NCBI GenBank assembly: GCA_000934665.2
Contig: KZ538275.1
Span: 62,001-88,494 of the forward strand
Source of the DNA: Catajapyx aquilonaris
Taxonomy: Eukaryota
Reading direction: 5' to 3'
Length of the DNA stretch: 26,494 nucleotides
Shown: in pieces, positions 12,401 through 25,191 of the stretch
How the letters are laid out: each line of letters starts with the position of its first letter
How positions within the stretch are numbered: the stretch's first letter is position 1
Program-made: the position numbers and the translations under genes
Notes under the pieces: model-generated
Seen by the model: the letters and a program-made list of their open reading frames with translations, nothing else
Database searches by the model: none
What the model was told of the DNA's origin: nothing

Positions 12401-13426
12401 TATCTCCTTTGATGGCTGGTATTTAGGGTCATCCTCTACCTCAGGATTAAACTGTGCCAGCACTGGAGGAAGCTTATCCTTGTCCAGCACTCGCTTCTTT
12501 TTGTCCCGCCGACGGTTCTCCTGGCGGGGATGGGTGGCTTGGACAGGTGGTGGCTTGGAAGGACTCGGAGATTCCAGAGCTTGGGCTGGTGGTGGCTCAT
12601 TTTGAACCCGAGCTCCTTCAGTGTCACTGTCACCTTGGCTTACAGGACGAAGCTTTTTGCGCTTCTGATGCTTCTTCCTGGGGTCTATGGTGTGTGCAAT
12701 GGTCTGAATGGTTGGGAAAGAACAAACGTCAACCCTTGTCTCAATATCTTCCTTTAAAATCCTGCCTTTATCCAATACACTTGTACAAGTGACACTATTA
12801 AAATGTGGCAAAAACATGATCCCAGTAATTGTGAAACATAATATAATTATTAAGACAGAGATCATAATTAAGAGGCTATGTAATGGCAGAACTTTAAATT
12901 GCTACGCTAATCAAGGTCACAAAAGAGCAACCAGCAAAAGTACCTTGAGTATGGCAGCAGTCTCTTCTGCCGTGGTTTCGACCTTAGTAGGATGACAGTC
13001 AGACTTATCTTCACTCTCATCTACTTCATCTGGTTCCATTTCTGACTGGGCTTTTGCATCACTCTCCTCCGTCTTAACTGCTTCCATTTCCGACTCCGTG
13101 TTTGTGTTACTCTCTCCCTTTGAATCGCTTTCTTCCTTGGCATCACTGTCAGCCTTGGTGTCGTCACCTTCCTTCATGTCACTTTCTACCTTCACATCCG
13201 TCTCCAAAGCAGCAATGGATGCCTCCTCACTCTCAGGCCCTTTACTATCTACTTCTCCATTGACCATGGTAATATCCCCAAGTTGTGATTCAGGTGGCTT
13301 TCCTTCCTTCGATGTGCTTGCAACTGACATGGAGTCAATTTTGATTGAGTCATCTTCAGTGGGTACATCTGAGTCATTCATGAGTTGGATCTTGGAAAAA
13401 TTCTGCTCCATGTCGTCAACCGACAT
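454..13426 (-). CDS. TUT4/7: Terminal uridylyltransferase TUT4/TUT7-like (ZCCHC11/ZCCHC6 family), about 1489 aa. Coding exons in transcription order: 12944-13426, 12215-12703, 11644-11821, 11184-11527, 10952-11099, 10550-10735, 9837-10279, 5535-5682, 5185-5372, 4873-5091, 4650-4796, 3906-3986, 2910-3135, 2439-2765, 454-1316
   Basis: All introns are GT-AG with matching phases and the exons sum to 4470 nt. Domain order: C2H2-type finger (YLCKVCNYHC...HICDARH), pseudo-NTase (LYGSSSNGFGLKESDVNID) with PAP-associated region (..GIEDPF), CCHC knuckle (CGACQKEGHLKSNC), active NTase (LFGSSCNGFGFPYSDMDIC, TAKVPIVKF, DGDISLYN, RGSLSSYAY), PAP-associated region (AIEDPFELTHNLG), second CCHC (CRQCGKIGHLIKYC). 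The first and last low-complexity exons are less certain than the domain exons. Confidence 0.93.
1419..1640. mobile_element. Palindromic mariner-type MITE in the last TUT intron
   Basis: About 100-bp inverted arms around a 14-nt loop (1524-1537). The inner 30 bp are perfect (1494-1523 / 1538-1567). The right end reads ...CTGCCCTCG|TA, a mariner-like CGAGGG terminus plus TA. The left terminus is slightly degenerate. Confidence 0.75.
1748..1908. mobile_element. Tc1/pogo-like MITE with about 60-bp imperfect TIRs
   Basis: Left ccgtcggttagaggatttccttacc matches the reverse complement of the right end, cagtcggttaaaggatttccttact. TA follows the right end (1909-1910). Confidence 0.65.
3199..3775. 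mobile_element. Non-autonomous fold-back mariner derivative (two inverted copies of a mariner 3' end)
   Basis: TA|CGAGGG...CCCTCG|TA termini. The arms are alignable up to a centre near 3487. Both arms encode a mariner transposase C-terminal remnant (plus strand: EEVKEAILHWL...FCRGMEMLVSRWDTCTKLYGDHV*; minus strand: FGPMK...EVKEVVPHWL...FCRGMEKLVSY*DKCTEVYGDYV*). Confidence 0.88.
5819..5895. repeat. Short inverted-repeat element (16-bp arms, 1 mismatch)
   Basis: aatagtattggcgtca (5819-5834) and tgacgccagtactatt (5880-5895). Confidence 0.5.
5979..6005 (-). mobile_element. Probable Helitron-like 3' terminus; extent of the element unknown
   Basis: The minus strand reads GCGAAGCGCGGGTTTTTCTAG|T: a GCGAAGC mini-hairpin shortly before CTAG followed by T, the usual Helitron 3' signature. 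No 5' TC end was identified. Confidence 0.4.
7391..8909 (+). pseudogene. Reverse transcriptase ORF remnant of the LINE (frameshift/stop near 8438-8441, small internal deletions, endonuclease domain absent)
   Basis: ORFs 7505-8440 and 8442-8909 are consecutive parts of one RT protein in different frames. Confidence 0.85.
7391..9150 (+). mobile_element. 5'-truncated, decayed non-LTR retrotransposon (RTE-clade-like LINE), antisense within TUT intron 7
   Basis: RT motifs LKLGKSPGVDAISSEM, IVPLYKGKGD..C.NY.GISLLS, FVDLEKAYD, KQGCVMSPWLFN, LLYADD, FVYLGS, and RTE-type C-terminus (LMYGSEAW, LRWFGHVER, GKRGKGRPRKTW). The G/T-rich strand composition starts near 7391. The 3' boundary is approximate and no TSD was found. 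Confidence 0.9.
11924..12154. mobile_element. Tc1/mariner-superfamily MITE in TUT intron 2
   Basis: TA|CAGGGTGTTCCAAGTT ... AACTTGGAACACACTC|TA, plus an internal inverted repeat of about 30 bp (about 11983-12014 / 12069-12100). Confidence 0.7.
12317..12340 (-). repeat. CAG/CAA polyglutamine tract (Q8) just before the TUT C2H2 finger
   Basis: GGQQQQQQQQVKAKYLC in coding exon 2. Confidence 0.8.
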
Positions 13427-14001
13427 GGTTTGCCTGAGGAAGAGACATTGAGTGCATTGAGCACAGAATAAGCTACATGCACAACCTTCCATATTCATCT
13501 ACATCAATCTAGTAAATGAAAATTCCTATCCTTTACATAAACAACCGTAACAGAAATTTGTGAGGTTATTGAAAAATTTTTACACTTTTCCGATCTGACA
13601 CGGTCGAATGGTAATTAGCTTTATGCATCACATTATTCCACTACAGTTCCATTTTGTATCATTAAATTTATATGCACAGTTGTAAGCATAGTGATGGAGA
13701 AACACTTGGGTCAGATGCTTCAGCAAATTCCACACAAAGCCTGTGTTACCTGTACTCCAGTGTGAGTAAAAACAGCAGGCACTGTCGCCTTGATGCAACC
13801 TGATGCGTACTCGAGCTTTGAGGCAGCACCAGTTTCACACGGAGCTTGTTGGATCGCCTGGCCAAGTCTGCTACCATCATTATGCTCATGAGTACATGTA
13901 TATTAAGAGCAAAATTTAACAATCTTACGTTCTTACCATTCCTAGATTTATGTAGTCCCCATAAAAATTATAAAATCTTACAGTTCACTGAACTCTTAGT
14001 A

Positions 14002-14333
14002 ATCCTGATCCGGGTAGTGCTTGGACCCCTCTTGGGGTATTGCACGGACCTTTATCTAATAACTTGTGCAACGTACACAATTGGAATCTTTGACGAAGCG
14101 TCTGGGCCCATGGGCAGGTTGACAGGAGGGGATGTGCAAAGTGCAGTGCAATGTCGTGGGTGAGGTCATTTTGTGAATTCCCCCGGGTGGTTAGTCTAAG
14201 GAGTCCTACCCGAGACGAAGCCAGAGATGGCCCAAACTCTGCACGAGATGAAGGGGGTGTCCCCAGGCTGGGATCGAACACGGGACCTTAACATCCATCG
14301 GCGCGTGCGTTACTGCAGTGTCACTTCGCCTCC
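14002..14333 (-). mobile_element. tRNA-derived SINE, about 330 bp, with a 16-bp target-site duplication
   Basis: Direct repeat cactgaactcttagta at 13986-14001 and 14334-14349. The minus-strand head has a degenerate A box and the B box GTTCGATCC (14271-14279). Confidence 0.85.
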
Positions 14334-14421
14334 CACTGAACTCTTAGTATTGCATCATAGATTGAAATTCTTTTTCACAGCACTTATTATGTGGGAAAAA
14401 TAACGCAAGAAAGTGCTTATA

Positions 14422-14754
14422 CGGGTAGTCCCAGGTCTACGAACTGGATTACGTTCCTGAAAATGTCCACAAGTCAGACTGGTACGTAACTCAGATCTTT
14501 GAGGAACAGCACATATGCACATATGTTATATGCAGCACAAAGATGGTGCTCCAATGAACCGCTTACGTCATGTGTTCGTTTACGCAGAAGAACATCTCCC
14601 AATTATTGATTTATTATACAGTATTTACGTTGAACTTGGTGTTGGTCAATGTAAGCAGAAGTGATTGAAAGTGGAGGAAAACACCCTTCCAGGGAGCCCA
14701 TTCATAAGTAAGGATCGCCACAAGTCAGATGATTCGTAAACCAGGGACTTCCTG
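14422..14754. mobile_element. Tigger/pogo-like MITE
   Basis: TA|CGGGTAGTCCCAGGTCTACGAA ... TTCGTAAACCAGGGACTTCCTG|TA. The right half is homologous to about 25440-25584. Confidence 0.75.
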
Positions 14755-15130
14755 TATAGAGCTGGAATAGTAGAACTCAGCGAAGAGCCCATTTCCAGTG
14801 CAGTGCTAATGCAGAGCAAATGTAGGGCCTCCCTTACTCTTATGTTTGTCTTTACAAGGCCCACACTAATCCCAAACAGGGCGAAAAATACAACCTGCGT
14901 GCAAATTTCCTTAGTGCACTGTAACAGAAGTCACATGGCATAATACGCTGCACAAAACTGTTGCCAGTCTCTGAATAGAGCCCTTTTACTGTGGCTTACT
15001 GAAACAAGTTCACCAGGCCTTCGACGGACGTTGGGCAGGCAGAGAGCCAGCATCAAATTGTTGGCCCTGCAATTCTGCCCATGATCTGTCGCTGCACATT
15101 TCCCACCCAATTTTCTTACATCCTTTACGG

Positions 15131-15749
15131 CAGGGTTTCTCAACCGGGGGTTCCACGAGCTATCGCCAGGAGTTCCATTAGAGTAGTGAATAGGCTCACC
15201 TTACTTAAACGTTTTTTGAGCCATTAATTAGCATACAGTTGACTCCGGACATAACAGATTTTCAGTTATAACCGACTCGAAGGCTGGTCCCGGCATACTT
15301 CCATAAGGCCCTGTGTATTTTTACTCTTGATGCAACAGATTTACTTTCACCTCACCTCGGGTATTACAGATTATTTCTTGGCCCCTTGGTAGGAAAATGA
15401 TGCTTTTTCTGGTATGAGGTTGACAATAAGGAGACGGCAGAAGGAAATGTTGGATTCTTTTTGACCCTGCATAATTTTCGGTGAGCTAATATTGCATTTC
15501 GATGGATTTCACTAATCAGTATGTAGTAGTGTGCATTATGGGCACATGGAAAGCAGAAAATCTTCGCATATTCATTGCAAAAGTGACAATTTGTCTATGA
15601 CAGACCTCGGTTATAACACTTACTTCTGCGGTCCCTTTAAGCCTGTTTTATCCTGATTCAACTGTATTATGATTTTTATGTAGGCGTTCCCTGAGACTTC
15701 AATATAATTTTAAGAATTCCGCAAGGGGCAAATAGGGTGAGAAACCCTG
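15131..15749. mobile_element. Non-autonomous hAT element containing a nested MITE
   Basis: TIRs CAGGGTTTCTCA / TGAGAAACCCTG, with 8-bp flanks ctttacgg (15123-15130) and ccttacgg (15750-15757), 1 mismatch. Confidence 0.8.
15236..15664. mobile_element. Tc1/pogo-like MITE nested in the hAT element
   Basis: TA|CAGTTGACTCCGGACATAACAG ... CTGTTTTATCCTGATTCAACTG|TA. Confidence 0.72.
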
Positions 15750-16069
15750 CCTTACGGCCATATCACCAGAAGCGATGCTTCCGGCCAGTGCCTGTTTATA
15801 TTGTTACATGCAGCAACGTGTCCTACTTGTACCTGGGGTGAGGCACAGGGCGTGACAGTACTGAAGTCACAACGGACGACAATGCGCGCTATTGACATCT
15901 TGTGTCGGTACTAATCCGGAATGTCTGGTTGCCTCAGTCTGCGGCCATGCCCCAACTCGACTAGTACATGAGTCCCCCGCGTTATTCCCCCCCAAACCTT
16001 CCTCACCCTGTGAATAGTGTTGGACAATCCTTCCCAGTGTCTGCATCCCACCAGCGCCTTTTATAGTCC

Positions 16070-16470
16070 GCCGTACACACTCTCTCTCTCTGTGTGTGTT
16101 CCCTTCCCTGGCTGGTGGCTGTGGTCTTGGGTCCAACCCGGGGGTCGGCCGGCCGGCCGGCTTGCGGTGGGTTCGGAGCTGCCGGGTTTAGGGGCCTCTG
16201 CCCACTCTCTTTTCTCTCTCTCTCTCCTTTCTACGGAACGGCCTGAGACGCCGCCATCTTGGAGCCCCCTCCTCTCCTCCCCACCGCATCTGCCATCAAC
16301 ACACACACCAACGCTAATCGCCCTCCTGATTCAACCACACCCTCACTCTCCGTTAATTCGGATCCGATTTTACAAGTCATAATTGTGCGGATGTGCGCCA
16401 TTGTTGTGCGGGCACTGTTGTTGTGTTGACTGGTGTTGTGCAGCGTTGCCGGTGTGTGGGGGCGTCCACA
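16070..16470 (-). promoter_or_regulatory. GC/CpG-rich segment with (GA)n tracts and a YY1/Pho-like motif; candidate promoter or non-coding first exon of the TUT gene
   Basis: Local CpG enrichment, CT/GA repeats at about 16080 and 16205-16225, and AAGATGGCGGC on the minus strand at 16250-16260. The TUT ATG exon starts with a splice acceptor at 13434, which suggests an upstream exon. A candidate donor CAG|GTACAA lies at 15833. Confidence 0.4.
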
Positions 16471-16853
16471 CTGTTGCCAATTCCGTGAAAAGGAGGCCGA
16501 TATGAAAAGGAGGTCTTCGGAGGTCACACTCGTGCTCACATGTCAGGAGTTGCTTCTGATGTGTCAGCAGGAGGGGATTTCCCTCAAACTGTTGCAGAGA
16601 TATGCCCAGTCTGTCGCGTTTATTGTGACACATTCTGCCCCAGTGTACCTCAGATAAAATACTTTGTGCTGACAGCTTATAGGAAGACAGTCTTGTATAC
16701 GCTTATCCAGTAAAATCGGTAATTTATCAGTAAAGAACAGCGGCCAAGTCGTTGAAGCGGAAAAGTTTCGTTGCTCTGCACGATTTTGCTATTTAAACTG
16801 GGGTAGATAAGACAGCGGCTGGTCCCAATATACACTATAAGCTGGTCCTTTAT

Positions 16854-16891
16854 TTAACCCTGTAATGACCCAGTGGGCATTACAGGGTTAA
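16854..16891. mobile_element. 30-bp piggyBac-like minimal element between two TTAA sites
   Basis: TTAA-CCCTGTAATG-acccagtggg-CATTACAGGG-TTAA. Confidence 0.55.
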
Positions 16892-17156
16892 GACAAAAAG
16901 TAATTTGCCCAGAAGCACTAAAGGGCAGTGGTGCGGTATTAGGACAGCTGCAGCAAAGAGCTGCAGTACCTGTATTTTATTTTTAAATAATACAGCTCTT
17001 CATGTAAAGGAAAAGCTCAGCCAGGCAGCGATCTGGATCCGCTATTATAAAACTTGTGCTTCTCATCCTGGCTTCTCCTGTTCTTCAGTAGAGTATACAG
17101 TACAGTACATGAGCGTGTGAAGATTGACGCACCATGTGTCATCTGCACATAGGAAT

Positions 17157-17212
17157 AAGAAATGCGGCTGCATAATGGGGTCCTAGCCCGCCCATATGCA
17201 GCCGCATTTCTT
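17157..17212. repeat. Hairpin with perfect 18-bp outer arms
   Basis: aagaaatgcggctgcata (17157-17174) and tatgcagccgcatttctt (17195-17212). Confidence 0.85.
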
Positions 17213-17224
17213 CCTTCGGGTCCT

Positions 17225-17365
17225 TCGGATCAGGGGGCATGCAGGCAAACTCGAGCGTTACAGAAAAGCGTTACAGCAGGGCCCCCACCAGGCCATATGG
17301 CAGGACCCTGCTGTGACGCTTTTCTGTAACGCTCGAGTTTGCCGCCTGCATGCCCCCTGATCCGA
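17225..17365. repeat. Long near-perfect inverted repeat (arms about 57-60 bp)
   Basis: tcggatcagggggcatgcaggcaaactcgagcgttacagaaaagcgttacagcaggg pairs with ccctgctgtgacgcttttctgtaacgctcgagtttgccgcctgcatgccccctgatccga, with one 3-nt bulge and one U-G pair. Confidence 0.9.
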
Positions 17366-17825
17366 TTTTAAAGACGTATCCACGTCAGTCAAAACACCAA
17401 AATTCATTTAATGATAAAGAGGATTTTTGTACATGTGGGTTTGCAAAATGTAGGCTAGGATCCCATTATACGAAAATAGAAACTTAATAATAATATGTAG
17501 CCTATCGAGGGATGGAATGATTCACATATGCCGGATGCAGCTCATTTGCTGTGCCACACTCATTATTAGTCACCGTCTCCATCATTCACTGATAGGCCTA
17601 CGAAAAATTTCTGATAGCACGCATTAAAAATAGCCTGTACCAAAAATGTGTCATACACTGCATCGTTGTACGGTACCAAAAACTAATCCATGGCGATGAG
17701 CCGATGATCTCCCCCAAAAATAATGGGACAACGCAAATCATGATGAAGCTGTCCATGTAAAATTATTGGACAAGAACCCGGGCTACCCGCCCATGCTTGG
17801 GACCGCTTGGGACAATACCATGAAG

Positions 17826-17883
17826 AAATGAGTGAATGAACGAACGAACGAACGAATGAATGATGATGATGATGATTATTATT
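17826..17883 (+). repeat. Compound microsatellite (GAAT/GAAC)n-(TGA)n-(TTA)n, possibly a retroelement 3' tail
   Basis: gaatgaacgaacgaacgaacgaatgaatgatgatgatgatgattattatt. Confidence 0.7.
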
Positions 17884-18486
17884 TTAAGTCAACTGACTTG
17901 TAAGCTAAATTATTGTGTTCCCTTCTATAGCCTACAACCAAGCTAAGAAATTGTTGACTTAACACTTATTATTATCATCGAGCTATATGCTTCATCAAAG
18001 GTCATCAGCATTTCAATAAGGCACCAAGGTGTCCAACGATACTGATTTGAAAGAGGCAACTCAATCGCAATCAAATATATTGAGATTGGCGGGCTTCAAC
18101 CTGCGGGGAAACCCCACGAGACTCCATGCAGGCCTGGAAATAAGGAACTGCGCATGAAGCTGCGAATATGCGCCCGGCACTTTCTTTGCCATTTTGGCCC
18201 AGAGTATTTCGCAACTTACCAGCGTCTCTTCCTTTTTTTATGCAATTCATTGAGGAAGGACTCGTGTGCTTCTGAGTCAACAGAGCGGGAGATAAAATTT
18301 GCGGGAATAAGAAAAAAGTATATAAGGCCCCCAGAGCACTTTCAGAGCGACCAGAATATTTGCATATTTTGTGGGCGGCTATAAGACTGGTTTCAGGTGC
18401 ACAACAGGTATATAGTATATACAGTTGTTGACACAATCGCGGGTCTTACGTGTGGGTACCATTGTCCTGCTGTCTTGTCCGTTGAA

Positions 18487-20790
18487 ATGCGTCGTCTCGA
18501 AGTAAGTACTTTTGTGTGTGCTGTCATACTGGGAATAAGTGGCAGTGGCAGTTTATATATAATTTACTGCGTTTACTGTCATGATCTGTGCAGATTTACA
18601 TGCTCAAAAAATTAGTTGCTTCCGCTTTTTGTCTAGTTGTACATGGTACTATGCCAATACCTAAGTCACTGTAAGCTAGAGCAGATGATGAAATGTTTGC
18701 CCCACCATAACAATAGCAAAAATTTAGAAATATATCTCACTGATCAGACAATATTGACACCTGTTGGTACTCAGGTTCATTTAGGACCCCAAAGGAATTA
18801 AAATGCATTAAATGATAATTACAATGAACTGTTGCCATTTTTGAAAGTATATAACAGGAAGTGCATGTTTATGTTGAATTAGCAATAATTTTAGGTATTG
18901 TTCAAAGAATGATTGCATATAGTCAATACATTGAAAAGTGTATATAAAAATTAAAATATGGATGGGGTCCTAAAAGACCCCACGTCACGGTTGTTGTAAC
19001 TTTCAGGCAAGCCACGGTTACAGGGTTAAAAGCAACGTTCAAAAAAATATATTTTTAAAAAAACTGTCCGATATATGCTTTTCATCCCATTTCTTCTGGA
19101 AATGTTGTGATCCGGTTGTGATATTTGCTTGGTGAATCCAGCAACATGTTGAATGCATAGAAGGTAGCCAAAATATTGATCTGTGTATGTACAATTCCAC
19201 AAGGTAAAGTAATGATCACTGTTCACACAGGAAGAAGACATGCAAGCTCTGATTAAAGGTGGACATGAAAATCCAAAGGGTCGAAGTCTTTGTACTCTCC
19301 TGGTAACATCTGCCATGATACTAGTACTGACAGGGCTGATACTGTGCATGACTGTTCTGATTGTACTCTGCTATGTGGAGTTGAGCAGTCGCAATATTGT
19401 TCCTGTGAACAATACAATAATTGAGAGTGAAAATGAGAGGCAGAAAGTCATGGAAGATGACATGGGCAATGTGAAAATGTCCCTGGCCAGGATCATTGCA
19501 AAACTTGATGAGATGAAACCACCATCTACTGGACCCCCTCTCACCACCACCCATCAAGAACAGACCACTCAACCGCAGCCAACTACCGTCATCACTGAAC
19601 AGTCTACTCGCAATCCAATCTCTACAGGGCCAGATGCTGAGACCAACCTTTGGGATACCATTCATGGCATGCCAGAACTGAGTACATTTGCAGGGAAGTT
19701 GTCCGAAGCTGGTCTAGACACACGGCTGACTCGTGAAGGACCATTTGCCGTATTTGCTCCTAATAATGACGCTTTCAAAAATGTACCAGCATACTATGAC
19801 ATATCCGCAGTGGACGTCGTGGACTTGATGGAGTTTCACATTGCAAAGGGGGATGTGTGGAAGAGGAATTTCTCATCAAAGTTTAATGAGCACTTACAGA
19901 AGACGCTGCTTGGGAAGCGAGATATTAGATTTAATGTTTATGTTAATCCAAGCGGAGATATAGTAAGTTACTTTTCTGTATTCTGTCATTATGAATAACT
20001 GGTGGCCATATTTTGTATGTGACTCTAATGTGATGCATTTACTGAACACAGGATTTTGTGCATCACTTTTTCACATCATCACTGAAAATGAGTACTGATT
20101 TATTTCAGGTGTACACAGCAAATGGTCGGAAAGTAGTGGACTTTGACCACTTGGCCTACAACGGAGAGATCCACATTATTGATTCAGTGATGGCCTCCCT
20201 GTACAAGCGGAAGCATGGCAACTTGGAAACGCAACTGGAGTTGAAGCCCAAGTTGTTCAGTAAATTATTACACTTCCTCAACACCACTAACGTCACTGCT
20301 ACACTCAAGACTCAAGGACCATTCACATTGTTTGCGCCAACTGACAGGTAAATATGCACTCATTAATGGAACCTTCTAAGTGGAATTCTTGCATCTTGCA
20401 GCAAGGTTCATTGCCTCTGGCCAATTAAAATTATGACGGTTTAGTTTATCAGAGGTCCATCTCGAATCATATTACAAATAATCGTGAGCTTATTGCATAA
20501 CTGTAACTTTCAGTGCATTCGCTGCCCTGCCATCTACAACCATGCAGAAAATGGTAGCAGATGTTGTGTTCGCTCGCAACGTTCTGTATTACCACCTGGT
20601 TAATTCGACCTACTACTCACCGGGAATGTACAACAACATGTACCTCCGCACCGTGCAAGGTTCCTCCATCACTGTCACCCTCAATGGCAGCCAGGTGAAG
20701 CTTAGCGGTGGAGCATCAATCACCGAGAAGGACTGGACTGCTAACAACGGATGTTGGCACGTCATCGACAAGGTTATGATACCATCATAA
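18487..20790 (+). CDS. Fasciclin (FAS1)-domain protein of the TGFBI/periostin/fasciclin superfamily, about 420 aa, predicted type II membrane protein. Exons: 18487-18501, 19231-19962, 20109-20347, 20514-20790 (412 aa if started at ATG 19240)
   Basis: Two FAS1 domains with H1 motifs (GPFAVFAPNNDAF, GPFTLFAPTDSAF) and H2 motifs (NGEIHIIDSVM, NGCWHVIDKVM). A 30-aa hydrophobic segment lies near the N-terminus, followed by a Thr/Pro-rich stalk. Introns are GT-AG with phases 0, 0, 2. The 15-nt first coding segment (MRRLE|gtaagt) is in frame but less certain. Confidence 0.88.
18921..19029 (-). mobile_element. piggyBac-like element terminus in fasciclin intron 1
   Basis: Ends ...CACGGTTACAGGG|TTAA. 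It is the reverse-complement homologue of 25667-25796, including the palindrome ggggtcctaaaagacccc. Confidence 0.6.
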
Positions 20791-20937
20791 GATGAGTTGC
20801 AGACCGCCATTGCAGATTCTGCTCTCGCGAAACATTCAGAAAAACAAAAGCTTATTTCAAGTTATGTTGTGAATTAGTTGTTAATGACATTTCCAGGAGG
20901 GCTGCTCATTTATACACAGCTTGTAATGGAATACAGT

Positions 20938-20952
20938 TTTATTCAGAATAAA
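20938..20952. terminator. Back-to-back poly(A) signals: AATAAA on the minus strand (20938-20943, AMPK) and AATAAA on the plus strand (20947-20952, fasciclin)
   Basis: tttattcagaataaa, lying between the two convergent stop codons (20790 and 21254). Confidence 0.55.
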
Positions 20953-21253
20953 GTGTTTAGCTCTAAACTTTAATACTCCCCATTTAAATCTTACTACATA
21001 ATTTAATACACAGATAAAACATTGGAAAAGAAACTGTCTCCTCTCCTCAATAGACTAAAAATTTATCAAATTTGTCAGCTTTCAGTGACTAGAACTCAAA
21101 AACTGCTGCCTGGTTCCCATAACTGCATTTTAGAAAATGTACTGGGGGTCCAATCGCACGTGGAAATTTCCTTAAGTGACCTATACAGTAATTGGCTGTT
21201 CATTCTTTAATAAATGAATATAAATGTAAATGTTGTGGTGGGGAGTAATACAA

Positions 21254-25097
<3,844 letters not shown>

Positions 25098-25191
25098 CTA
25101 TCTATCTATCGCCGTCTCTCTCTATCTTCCTCTGCTTGCAACAGCTGCTCTACGCGATTCATCGTATCGGAACCAGATGTTAAGAGTGGCG

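Noticed and set aside
13750..13867. Possible 5' UTR exon of TUT (donor CAG|GTAACA at 13750)
   Set aside because: The acceptor lacks a pyrimidine tract and several competing donors exist. Unresolvable from sequence alone.
14255..14334. tRNA gene
   Set aside because: A B box is present but I could not form a cloverleaf. It is the head of a TSD-flanked SINE.
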